Assembly (NCBI GenBank): GCA_965203555.1
Contig: CBDBCY010000004.1
Coordinates: forward strand, 1,280,001-1,344,000
Reading direction: 5' to 3'
DNA: 64,000 bases
Origin: Acidimicrobiia bacterium
GTDB lineage: Bacteria; Actinomycetota; Acidimicrobiia; Spongiisociales; ZC4RG35
The notes beneath the pieces were generated by a model. It worked only from the letters and a program-made list of their open reading frames with translations. It ran no database searches and was not told the DNA's origin. Of the stretch, positions 39,764-49,411 are shown one piece after another. Position 1 is the stretch's first letter, and each line of letters starts with the position of its first letter. The position numbers and the translations under genes were made by a program.

Positions 39764-40551
39764 CCCGAGGGCTCAGCGGCCGCAAAGCCCTGGTCACAGG
39801 TGGAAGCGCGGGCATCGGTCTAGCCACGGCCAATCGGCTCGCCTCCGAAGGCGTCCATCTGGCGCTGGTGGCCCGAACCGAATCCCGCCTGTCCGAAGCC
39901 TGCGCCCACCTCGCCGGGGCGCACGAGGTCGAGGTGATCCCGATCGCCGCCGATCTCTCACGACCGGATGCCCCGCAGCGGGCGGTTGCCCGGGCGGCCG
40001 ACACCCTGGGCGGGATCGACATCCTGGTCAACAATGCGGGTTCTTCTCCGTTCGGCACCCTGGAAGCGGTCAGCGACAGTGACTGGTCGTCCTCGATCGA
40101 CCTGAAGCTGATGGGGTACGTGAGGTGCACACGAGCCGTATTCGGAATCATGAAGGAGGGTGGGGGCGGTGTGATCGTCAACGTGGTCGGCATGGCCGGG
40201 CGCTCGGCCTCCCCCGCCTACGTGCTCGGCTCGCTGAACGCCGCCCTCCTCCACTTCACCAAGTCGGTAGCTGAGCTTGGCGGACCCCACGGCATCCGGG
40301 TGATGGCGGTGAATCCCGGCCTCACCACCACCGATCGCATGGAAGAGGCCATCGAGGTCTGGGCCGCCGACGCCGGGATGACCGACGAGGCCTTCCGGGC
40401 CGCCTACCTGGAGGACAGGGTTCCCCTCGGTCGCTTCACCACACCCGAGGATGTCGCCGAGGCGATCGCCTACCTGTGCTCGGACGCCGCCGCACCGGCC
40501 ACCGGCTCGGCAATCCAGTTGGACGGCGCCTCCCCTCCCGGCGTGTTCTGA
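39760..40551 (+). CDS. Atypical SDR family oxidoreductase
   Basis: TGGSAGIG, LVNNAG, LKLMGY, GSLNAAL (no YxxxK), VNPG..TDR. Confidence 0.85.
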   Translation: MTRGLSGRKALVTGGSAGIGLATANRLASEGVHLALVARTESRLSEACAHLAGAHEVEVIPIAADLSRPDAPQRAVARAADTLGGIDILVNNAGSSPFGTLEAVSDSDWSSSIDLKLMGYVRCTRAVFGIMKEGGGGVIVNVVGMAGRSASPAYVLGSLNAALLHFTKSVAELGGPHGIRVMAVNPGLTTTDRMEEAIEVWAADAGMTDEAFRAAYLEDRVPLGRFTTPEDVAEAIAYLCSDAAAPATGSAIQLDGASPPGVF

Positions 40552-40693
40552 CCCTGCAACGAAGTCCCGGCTTCAGCTGAGGTGGTCCATAATGGTGCGC
40601 ACACATCCCGACCATCGCGTTGGTAGCCTTACCCGACAGGAGAGCCAGACACGTCACGCAATGCATCGGGGACAACCATCAAGTGGAGTGACC

Positions 40694-41893
40694 ATGGAAG
40701 GAAAGCGGTTCCTCCGAACAATACGCCTGCAAGGCATTCTCTCCTATGGGCCACAGGCCGCAGAACTGGCATTGGAACCGCTGAACGTTCTGATCGGTCC
40801 GAACGGCTCAGGCAAATCGAACCTCATCAACGTCCTGTCGATTCTGAAGGGTGTGCCTCGCAACCTGCCGGAGACCATCCGTAGAGGAGGAGGCACCAGG
40901 GAATGGCTCTGGAAGGGACGGGACCGGCTTGGTGCCGCCTCCGTGGAGATCACGGTAGACAACCCGACCGGGATCATGCCGCTGAAGTATCGGCTTTCCT
41001 TCACGGAGGTGCGGAACCGATTTGAACTCTGTGACGAATCACTCGAGGATGAAAAACCACAGCCCGGCAGAGACGGGCCCTTCTTCTACTACAGGTACCA
41101 ACGAGGCGATCCTGTCATCAACATTGCATCGTCACCTGGCAGAAGCGGTGTCAAACGTCGGCTCGAGCGGGAGCAAGTGCATCCGGAGGAGTCAATCCTT
41201 TCACAGCGCCGTGATCCCGATTCGTATCCGGAGTTGACCTATCTCGCCGCACAGATCGAGCGGATAGGTATCTATCGTGAATGGAATCTGGGACCCGACA
41301 CTCCGTTTCGCCTGCCGCAGAGCGCTGAGCTTCCACAGGGCGCCCTTCTTGAGAACGGCGCCAATCTTGGCTTGATATTGAACAACCTGATGGATCAGCC
41401 TCCGATCAAACGCCGGGTAATGCGACACCTGCATGCCTTTTATCCTGACATCGAAGACCTGGCCACGGCCATTGACGGCCGCACAGTGGAGGTCTCTCTC
41501 CATGAAAAAGGCCTTCGCCATCCTATTCCTGCAGTTCGACTCTCGGATGGCTGTCTCCGATATCTCAGCTTGCTCGCCGTGCTTTGCCACCCCGAACCCC
41601 ACTTGATAACTTGTATCGAAGAACCAGAATTGGGTCTTCATCCCGACATCATCCCTGACATTGCAGATTTGATGGTTGCGGCGTCGAAACGCACTCAACT
41701 GGTCGTCACCACGCACTCCGACATACTCATTGATGCCCTGACGGACGTTCCCGACTCCGTCATCGTTTGTGAAAAACGGGAGGGAGCGACACGTCTCCGT
41801 CGGTTGGAGAGAGAAGACCTCACACCCTGGCTCAAGAGACACAGACTCGGAGAACTGTGGTCGAAGGGTGAAATCGGCGGCAACAGGTGGTGA
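40694..41893 (+). CDS. ABC-type AAA ATPase (AAA_21/AbiEii-like)
   Basis: IGPNGSGKSN, LSDG, IEEPELGLHP, TTHS, C-terminal LGELW..GEIGG. Confidence 0.85.
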   Translation: MEGKRFLRTIRLQGILSYGPQAAELALEPLNVLIGPNGSGKSNLINVLSILKGVPRNLPETIRRGGGTREWLWKGRDRLGAASVEITVDNPTGIMPLKYRLSFTEVRNRFELCDESLEDEKPQPGRDGPFFYYRYQRGDPVINIASSPGRSGVKRRLEREQVHPEESILSQRRDPDSYPELTYLAAQIERIGIYREWNLGPDTPFRLPQSAELPQGALLENGANLGLILNNLMDQPPIKRRVMRHLHAFYPDIEDLATAIDGRTVEVSLHEKGLRHPIPAVRLSDGCLRYLSLLAVLCHPEPHLITCIEEPELGLHPDIIPDIADLMVAASKRTQLVVTTHSDILIDALTDVPDSVIVCEKREGATRLRRLEREDLTPWLKRHRLGELWSKGEIGGNRW

Positions 41894-41916
41894 GGACAAT
41901 GGTGTATGGTGATCGC

Positions 41917-42660
41917 ATGATGCCCGAACTGAGCCTGACCCATCACGGCGCTGTGGCCAGGGTGACTATCGACCGTCCGCAACGAAAGCACGCCTGGTCG
42001 GCGGCGATGTGGACCGAGATGGCCGGCCTCATGGACCGGTGCGCCACCGACGACTCGGTGCGGGTGGTCCTCGTCACATCGACAGGTGACCGTGTGTTCA
42101 GCGCCGGCGCCGACCTCGAACAGTTCGACGGAGCAGATCCAGCCGCGGTGCGGGCCACGTTGGAGGGAGTTGAATCGGTCATGGCGTCGATCGAGGCGTG
42201 CCCAAAGCCGGTGATAGCGGTGGTGAGCGGCGCCGCAGTCGGCGCGGGGACCGAGGTTGCCGCGGCCTGCGACGTCCGGATCGCCTCCCACCGGGCCTGG
42301 TTTTCCATCCCCGCTGCGACACTCGGGATCGTCATCACCAAGAGCGACATAGCCCGGCTGGTGCGGGGGGTGGGAGCGTCGATGGCACGCGACATGCTGT
42401 TGACCGGCCGCCGCTTGACCGCACCGCAGGCCGAGCGCATCGGTTTCGTACGTTCGGTCCACGCTACGGACGACCTGGAGCAGGCAGCCATGGACCTGGC
42501 CCGGGAGATCGCGGCACTCGATGCACCGGCGCTGGCAGCAATGAAGGCGCACCTGAACGCGCTCGGAAACGTCTCCTGGGACGAGCGATCGTGGGCCTCG
42601 ACACTGGAGGCGATCACCTCGGCTACGACCCGGAAGCGGATCGCTGACCGGCTGGGATGA
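41917..42660 (+). CDS. Enoyl-CoA hydratase/isomerase family protein
   Basis: FSAGADL, PKPVIA, AVGAGTE, CDVRIA. The frame is open back to GTG 41887. Confidence 0.88.
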   Translation: MMPELSLTHHGAVARVTIDRPQRKHAWSAAMWTEMAGLMDRCATDDSVRVVLVTSTGDRVFSAGADLEQFDGADPAAVRATLEGVESVMASIEACPKPVIAVVSGAAVGAGTEVAAACDVRIASHRAWFSIPAATLGIVITKSDIARLVRGVGASMARDMLLTGRRLTAPQAERIGFVRSVHATDDLEQAAMDLAREIAALDAPALAAMKAHLNALGNVSWDERSWASTLEAITSATTRKRIADRLG

Positions 42661-42664
42661 TCAG

Positions 42665-44026
42665 ATGACCGGAGTGGTTCGCAACGGGCGTCTCGTCACC
42701 GCCGACGGCGTCCTGGAAGGCGACATCTCGGTCCGGAACGGCGTCATCCACCAGATCGGAACGGGCCTGGAAGGCAGCACGGTCGCCGACGTCAACGGCG
42801 CCTGGGTGCTGCCCGGTGCCGTGGACCCACACCTGCACATCTCCCTGGGGGGACACTCGATCACCGAGCCGTTGCTGCACGATCTGCACCAGGCCGCCCG
42901 GGCGGCGCTGCGAGGCGGAGTGACGACCACGGGCGTGTACGCACAGAGGACCCCGGTGACCACGGTGGCCGAATCGATCGAAGCCGAGATCGGCCGGGAG
43001 CGTGACGGTGTGGCCACCGACTACTTCATCAACGCCCTGTTTTTGCCCGGCGACGACATCGAAGGAACGGCGGCCAGAAGCGCCGAGATGGGCGTCACCT
43101 CTTTCAAGACGATGGTCGCCTACGCGCAGCGGGGCCAGATGCTCGACGACGCCTCGATCTGCCTGCTGATGGAGCAGGCGGCGGCGGTGGGCGGCATCAC
43201 CCTGGTACACGCCGAGAATGGCGGGGCAATCGACTACCTCGACGCGGTCGAGCGCCGACAGGGAGTCACCAATGCAAGCTTCCTGCGCAGCCAACCGGCG
43301 GAGTTGGAACCCGAAGGCATGAACCGGACCGCCACGTTTGCCGCGCTGACCGGATGCCGTCTCCACTTCGTCCACACCACCTCGGCGCCGGGTGCCGCAA
43401 TGCTTGGGACCCTGAAGGGCTCGGGCGCCTCGGTGACCGCCGAGACCCAGATCCACTACCTGTTGCTCACCAATGACGAGGTCCTCCGACGGGGCCCCCT
43501 GGGCAAGGTGGGTCCGCCCCTGCGAGACGCCGAGCACCTCGCCCTGCTGTGGGACGCCCTGGCCGACGGCCGGATCGACCATCTCTCCTCGGACCACTCA
43601 CCCAAGAGCAGGGAAGTCAAACTCGCCGCCGACAACATCCTCGACGCCACCTTCGGCGGCATCGCCGGCACCGGCGTCATGCTGCCGCTCGCATTCAGCG
43701 AAGGGTTCTGCAAGGGCCGGCTGACGATCGAGCGACTGGCAGAGGTCACCTCGACCAGGGCGGCGCAGATCTACGGCGTGTACCCGCAGAAGGGTGTCCT
43801 GGCCGAAGGCTCCGACGCCGACCTGGTGGTCATCCCGGAGGGACAGCCCGCAGTACGTCTGACCCATCAGTACCTGGAACCGGCCGCCGGGTATTCGCTG
43901 TTCGAGTCTCTCTCCACCAGCGGTATACCGAGCCTCGTGATTCGTGGAGGTTCTGTGGTCGTGTCGAACGGCGAGTTGACGGGAACCGAGAACGGCCGGT
44001 ACCTGGCGCGGTTCGGACCGAGATGA
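42665..44026 (+). CDS. Cyclic amidohydrolase (dihydropyrimidinase-like)
   Basis: VDPHLH, GGVTT, SFK, HAENG, PPLR, SSDH, YPQKG..GSDADLV. Confidence 0.87.
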   Translation: MTGVVRNGRLVTADGVLEGDISVRNGVIHQIGTGLEGSTVADVNGAWVLPGAVDPHLHISLGGHSITEPLLHDLHQAARAALRGGVTTTGVYAQRTPVTTVAESIEAEIGRERDGVATDYFINALFLPGDDIEGTAARSAEMGVTSFKTMVAYAQRGQMLDDASICLLMEQAAAVGGITLVHAENGGAIDYLDAVERRQGVTNASFLRSQPAELEPEGMNRTATFAALTGCRLHFVHTTSAPGAAMLGTLKGSGASVTAETQIHYLLLTNDEVLRRGPLGKVGPPLRDAEHLALLWDALADGRIDHLSSDHSPKSREVKLAADNILDATFGGIAGTGVMLPLAFSEGFCKGRLTIERLAEVTSTRAAQIYGVYPQKGVLAEGSDADLVVIPEGQPAVRLTHQYLEPAAGYSLFESLSTSGIPSLVIRGGSVVVSNGELTGTENGRYLARFGPR

Positions 44027-45609
44027 CCTTCGACCTTCTGATCCGCGACGGCCGCGTCTACGACGGGACCGGATCGTCGTGGATCCGGGCGGACATCGGC
44101 GTCGACGGGGACTCCCTTGTCGTGTTGCGAGGCGACACGAGCCACGTGGAGGCGGAGAGGGTGATCGATGCCAGCGGCCTGGCGGTCTGCCCGGGTTTCA
44201 TCGACATGCACGCCCATTCGACCATGGCGATCCTGGGCGATCCCGCCCACGAACCGAAGGTCCGCCAAGGAGTCACCACCGAGTTGATCGGCGTCGACGG
44301 GAACTCCTACGCGCCGTTCCCGTCGGACGCGGACCTCGACGGTTGGAGCATGATGAACGCCGGGCTCGACGGACGCCGCCCGCCGGGTCTCCGGTGGAGT
44401 TCGGTCTCCGAGTACCTCGATGTCTACGACCGGTCGGTGCCGGTGAACATCGCCTACGTGATCGGCAACACGCCGCTTCGGGTGGCGAGCGTCGGCTGGT
44501 ACGACGTCCAACTCACCGACGAGGACGTCGCCGCGCAGAGACGCTTGTTGCAAGAGGGCCTCGACCAGGGCGCCTTCGGTTTCTCAACGGGCCTGACCTA
44601 CCCGCCGGGGAGCTTCGCCGACATCGACGAACTGACCAAGTTGGCCGAGGTGGCGGCTCGCAATGGCGCCCTGCACGTGTCGCACGTCCGATACGGGGCG
44701 GGCGACGCCTTCACCGATCCATTCCACGAGGTGGTCGAGATCACCCGCCGCACCGGCGCCGCCTTACACATTTCCCACTACGCGTCGCTCTCCAAAAGAG
44801 ACGGCGAATTCCATGACCTGATCCGCCTGGTGGAGGACGCCCGCCGAGAGGGCCTCCAGGTCTCGTTCGACGCCTATCCGTACAACCAGGGCGGCACCCG
44901 GGCGCACGTGGCCCTCCCCGAATGGGTCCAAGACGGGGGGCCCCAAGTTCTCCTGGAGCATCTATCCAGTCGGGCGTCGCGAGCCAGGATGCGTGAGGAG
45001 ACAGATCCCCGGCAGAGTCGCTGGCGCAATCCTGCCGGTTGGCACCTCAGCGGATTCGAGAACCCCGACTACCGACAATTCGAAGGCGTCCCCCTCGACC
45101 GGATCGCCGCCGAGATGGGCCTGGACCCGCTGGATGCGCTCTGTGACCTTCTCCTGGCGGAGAACCTGGGCCTGTCGTATGTCGGCCACGACTCCAACAA
45201 CGTGGAAACGGTCCGCCACATCCTCAGCCACGACCTGTGCGCGGTCGGAAGCGATGCGCTACTGGTGGGCGACGCTCCCAGCCCCCGAACCTACGGCACC
45301 TTCCCCAGGATGCTCGGCGGCCTGGTGAGAGACGAAGGCTTGATGACCATGGAAGAAGCCATCCGCAAGATGACCTCCTACCCCGCCGGTCTGCTCGGCA
45401 TCACAGACCGAGGGATCATCCGGGACGGTGCCAAGGCCGACATCGTAGTGTTCGACTCCGCCACCGTAGGCAGTACGGCCACCCTTCACAACCCACGTCA
45501 GTTCCCCACCGGCATTCCCCACGTGATCGTCAACGGCATACCGGTGGTCCACAACCATCACCGGACCGACGCCACTCCAGGACAAGCGCTGAGAAGGCAG
45601 AGCACCTGA
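44023..45609 (+). CDS. N-acyl-D-amino-acid deacylase family protein
   Basis: DGTG, PGFIDMHAHS, QGVTTE, STGLTYPPG, HISH, DAYPY, GSDA, PRTYGTFPR. Confidence 0.9.
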   Translation: MTFDLLIRDGRVYDGTGSSWIRADIGVDGDSLVVLRGDTSHVEAERVIDASGLAVCPGFIDMHAHSTMAILGDPAHEPKVRQGVTTELIGVDGNSYAPFPSDADLDGWSMMNAGLDGRRPPGLRWSSVSEYLDVYDRSVPVNIAYVIGNTPLRVASVGWYDVQLTDEDVAAQRRLLQEGLDQGAFGFSTGLTYPPGSFADIDELTKLAEVAARNGALHVSHVRYGAGDAFTDPFHEVVEITRRTGAALHISHYASLSKRDGEFHDLIRLVEDARREGLQVSFDAYPYNQGGTRAHVALPEWVQDGGPQVLLEHLSSRASRARMREETDPRQSRWRNPAGWHLSGFENPDYRQFEGVPLDRIAAEMGLDPLDALCDLLLAENLGLSYVGHDSNNVETVRHILSHDLCAVGSDALLVGDAPSPRTYGTFPRMLGGLVRDEGLMTMEEAIRKMTSYPAGLLGITDRGIIRDGAKADIVVFDSATVGSTATLHNPRQFPTGIPHVIVNGIPVVHNHHRTDATPGQALRRQST

Positions 45610-46079
45610 CCGGATCGGACTCGTAACGCTTAGAAGCGGTTCAGGGCCGGGCGCAGTCCGCGGTCTTGGGGGAACTGAGGTGAAGAGCCCCTAAACAAGC
45701 ACCTCAACCTTCCCCACTCCCCACCAATTCGCGAAGCCTCACTCTTCTTTGTACCCCATCGACCTTTGGTCCTATCTGGTCGACCCAGGGATCGTTCATG
45801 CTGCCCACCCAGACAGAATGTTAGAAACCGGGATCCAGTCACGCTGAGCACGTTCGCTAGCATGCGATCACTGTGAGGCCAAGGTGCTGGGGGGCCAGCC
45901 TTCCGATGACTTGGGGTCGAATGGTAAGAGACGAGCCAGATGGGTGGACCCGGAGAGAGCAGGGGCTACGACTGGCCTAGCTGCGGGACCGCGCCATGCG
46001 AAAACGCACCTGCTCTATGAGGGTCTCCCTGATTAGCTCTTGATGTTCTCTGAAGTTCAAAAACTGCGCTACCATGTCG

Positions 46080-49000
46080 TCAATCCGCATGTGTTGCCGG
46101 GTACGCAGCTTTGTGTACGGGTAGGGGCTCGCGGGTCTTGATGTCATCCATCACGGCTGACGCGTCGCTGAGGGCACTGAAATCGAAACCCAAAGGTAGT
46201 GCCTTCAAATCAGTGGCCTCTGCTTTGAGCATGCCGCCGCCAAGGTTTTTCCTGCCTGTGATTTCACGGTACAGCCAAACGAAGGACGAGTTCATATAGG
46301 CCCATAACCCGTAATGCAGTGGAGTTGCCCAGAGTTCGGGGGGCAAATACACCTCAACGGCACTGTAGGAGAATGCTCTGTGATCGTTGTAGGAGCAGTA
46401 GTAACGCTCCCCGATACCACGTGGCATTATGAGTGCTGGCACTTCCCTACCTATGGGAACAGAAGCGACGAGTCCCTCCGCTGATGTTGTGAAGAACGAT
46501 GCCATCTTGAGGATGACGGGGATCCTCGCTCCCTCCACATCCAGGTCTCTTTTCGGAAAATTGAGGCCTTGTCCTATGCGCATTCTGCTGGTGTCGTATC
46601 TTGAACGACTGTGGAGGTCATCAAAAATCTCCCTGAAGAAACCGGGCATTGCTATCACATGACCCCACTTTGACCGCTGCCTAGCCAAGATCTTCTTGGT
46701 TGGGTTTGTGGTCATGTCCTTGTCAGCAATGCTGACCTCAATGTTGCCGCTCGGCCTTGTGCTGAATAGGGTGATGATCGCGTTGATATTCTGGCTGTCG
46801 GTATCTGGAAAGAACTTGGCCGAGGTGTCGATGATATGGTGGAAGGCAAAACGCTCAAGCGAAAAGTCTTGAAACTTCTTTCCGTAATCTGTGCTCAGCC
46901 AAGCGTTTTGGGTTATGAAGCAACCACACCCAGTATCTCTCAGGAACTTTGCTGCACGCGCATAGAAGTAGATCAGAATGTCACTGCCGCGTGGAAGAGG
47001 GGCAGCCCAATCTAGCCTCACCTGGTTGCCGTAGGCATCTTTTTTCTTCGCCGTCATGAGGCTGTTCCTGGACTCGATGTATGGAGGGTTGCCGATTACG
47101 ATGTCGAACCCTTCGGTCAAATCGAACATGTACTTGGGATCGAACCAATCGGCGCTGGTGTTCTGGTTGTATCGGTCCCACTTGGCGATGCTGTCGGTGT
47201 GGTCCGGTGACATACCGAGGTGTCGCAGTTCTTTGGCCAGTGCGGTGCGAAGTTTCCGGTCTTCTCGGACTAGGGCTGCTTTCTTTTGCGGCGTGGTAGC
47301 GTGAAAATGCCGTTCGGTGTTGGCAGCCCATTTCCTGCGTAGGTCGACGGCGCGTGGACTAGCGAGTCTTTCTTGGCCTTTTAGCCCGATGAGGGAGTCC
47401 GCAGCGACGAACCTGCTTTCGAGGTTGGGTAGGGGTCGGATGCCGTAGTTGTCCTCAGGATCGCTGTTGGGTTGCTGTTCTATGGCTAGGGAGATGAACA
47501 TCCGTAGTTTGGCGATCTGGCAGGCGATGGGCTGTATATCCACCCCGTAGATACTGTTCTGGATGAGGTAGAGCTTGCGACCGAAGCCAGACTGGTACCT
47601 TTCGAATGCCTCGTTGATTGCCTGTAGCACCCTGTGGCGTTCGTCCTTGTCTTCGATGCCAAAGGCCTGACCCGCCCGGGATCCGGCCAGGCGTTGCTGG
47701 GTTTCCCGCCATGCCGTGTTGTCGGGGTCGAGTCTGCTCAATGCGAGGGTGATTCGGTGGAGAATGGCCATTGGGAAGGCTCCCGATCCCACAGCCGGGT
47801 CAAGTACCCTTATGTGGGCAATGTTCTCGATGAGCCTGTCTTGTTCACTAGTCATCAAAAGCGTGCGGGCATCGTCGATGTCGTCGGAGTAGTCGAGCAG
47901 ATAGCGGAGCCTTTCCTCCCAAAAGTCCTTGTCGTCGAAGTTGTCCTGGACGGTTTCTGTCCAGTAGGCGACCAGAGCCTCTGTGACCATGTAGTCCACA
48001 ACCTGTCTGGGGGTGTAGTAGGAGCCGGTCTGTCTACGGGCGGTTACCCGTGTTTCGGGGTTGAAGGCGGCAAGGAGGTTCTCGAACACCTTGCCCAACA
48101 GTTCGGGGTCGAGCGCTACATCCTGTTCTACCGGGGTGTTTTCCTCCACGGTGAACCGGTAACGGTCGAACAGGGGAATCAGTCCTTCCGAGCCGAAAAA
48201 CAGCCGGTTGGGCACCGAGAGAAGACCTCGATGGTCTGGGTTGTCGGAGAAGCAGTCGATCAGCCCTTGCCCATTGGTGGGGTGGCTCCTATCAAGACAG
48301 TCGAATAGTCCCCCATTGATGAATGGTGTCTCGGCAAACAGGGAGAGCAGGCGGTCAGGGTCGGCTATCTCGTCTTGATAGCGGTATAGGGAGAAGTTCC
48401 CGTTGGGATTGTTGTCGCTGAATCCGCGTTGCTCGATTTCGGTGTTGAGGGTGGCGAAGAACAGGTTCTGCAGGATTGCTCGGTAGTAAGAATCGCCGGT
48501 CTCCTGGTCATAGTCGGCAAGGAGGTCACCCACTACTGCTTCGTTGAACAGGTCGGCGTTGACCAGTCCTTTTTCCTTGATGAACCAGATGAACAGCAGG
48601 CGGGTAATGAGCCGGATAATGTGCTCTTCGGTTGTTGGTTTCACCGATGTGGGGAAGTTTGCCTGGTCGTCGGCGGCGTTCTCGAACCATCGGAACAGTT
48701 CCCGGTAGAACTGCTTGTTCAACTTTTCCGTGTCGAGGCAGTTGATCCAGGCGGTCAGCAGCCCGTCAAAATTCGCCCGGTTGTTGGTGGCCTGCATCCA
48801 TTCGAGTCGGTTATGGAGTGACAGTTCTCCGAGGATTCGCAAGTGGGCCTGATGGGGTTCCTTGGAGTTGATTTCCCTGATGAGGGACACCTTTCCGAGC
48901 ACATCGCGGTTTCCTGTGCGTTTGTCCGGTCGCCGGTCCATGAACGCGATGGTGAGCATCCCGGTTGCGGTGCGGAACAGCACGACGGTTGGTTGGCTGA

Positions 49001-49409
49001 GGCGTTTGTTGATCTCTCGGGCGAGTTTGGCGTACATGCCGCGGGGATAGGTTTTCTTCTTCAGATCCACTGCGGCGAATACGAAGCTACGGTTGACACC
49101 TATGTTGAATAGCTGGCCCGGCAGTGGTTGTTGGAATGGGAATTCTATTTCGGCATCAGTAATCTGGAAGAGAATCCGGACGGTGGGGTCATGTTCGAGG
49201 AATAGCTGTTCGGAGGTGGTGTTCCGGTTCTCGGTCGGGAACTGTTTTATGAAATCGGCAGCCTTTCCCGTCTGTTCCGGAGGTATGCGGTCGCTCCGAT
49301 AGCCAAGGATGGACAGGAGATCGGATGCCGCTTGGAAAAAGCCGTCCTCGGGGATCCGGTGCAGAGTGTCGTCGATTTGGCGGAGGAGTTCTACAGATGG
49401 TGCGGCCAT
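46080..49409 (-). CDS. Type IIG-like (Eco57I-type) N6-adenine DNA methyltransferase with target recognition domain; probable frameshift near 46110 removes the C-terminus (alternative frame ends at 45977)
   Basis: PFINGGLF, DPELLGKVFENLL, TGSYYTP, VLDPAVGSGAF, YGVDI, FDIVIGNPPY. Confidence 0.88.
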   Translation of the reverse strand: MAAPSVELLRQIDDTLHRIPEDGFFQAASDLLSILGYRSDRIPPEQTGKAADFIKQFPTENRNTTSEQLFLEHDPTVRILFQITDAEIEFPFQQPLPGQLFNIGVNRSFVFAAVDLKKKTYPRGMYAKLAREINKRLSQPTVVLFRTATGMLTIAFMDRRPDKRTGNRDVLGKVSLIREINSKEPHQAHLRILGELSLHNRLEWMQATNNRANFDGLLTAWINCLDTEKLNKQFYRELFRWFENAADDQANFPTSVKPTTEEHIIRLITRLLFIWFIKEKGLVNADLFNEAVVGDLLADYDQETGDSYYRAILQNLFFATLNTEIEQRGFSDNNPNGNFSLYRYQDEIADPDRLLSLFAETPFINGGLFDCLDRSHPTNGQGLIDCFSDNPDHRGLLSVPNRLFFGSEGLIPLFDRYRFTVEENTPVEQDVALDPELLGKVFENLLAAFNPETRVTARRQTGSYYTPRQVVDYMVTEALVAYWTETVQDNFDDKDFWEERLRYLLDYSDDIDDARTLLMTSEQDRLIENIAHIRVLDPAVGSGAFPMAILHRITLALSRLDPDNTAWRETQQRLAGSRAGQAFGIEDKDERHRVLQAINEAFERYQSGFGRKLYLIQNSIYGVDIQPIACQIAKLRMFISLAIEQQPNSDPEDNYGIRPLPNLESRFVAADSLIGLKGQERLASPRAVDLRRKWAANTERHFHATTPQKKAALVREDRKLRTALAKELRHLGMSPDHTDSIAKWDRYNQNTSADWFDPKYMFDLTEGFDIVIGNPPYIESRNSLMTAKKKDAYGNQVRLDWAAPLPRGSDILIYFYARAAKFLRDTGCGCFITQNAWLSTDYGKKFQDFSLERFAFHHIIDTSAKFFPDTDSQNINAIITLFSTRPSGNIEVSIADKDMTTNPTKKILARQRSKWGHVIAMPGFFREIFDDLHSRSRYDTSRMRIGQGLNFPKRDLDVEGARIPVILKMASFFTTSAEGLVASVPIGREVPALIMPRGIGERYYCSYNDHRAFSYSAVEVYLPPELWATPLHYGLWAYMNSSFVWLYREITGRKNLGGGMLKAEATDLKALPLGFDFSALSDASAVMDDIKTREPLPVHKAAYPATHAD

Positions 49410-49411
49410 GA

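Noticed and set aside
45615-45970. Small gene or terminator between the deacylase and the methyltransferase
   Set aside because: No convincing ORF, RBS or strong hairpin was found by eye.
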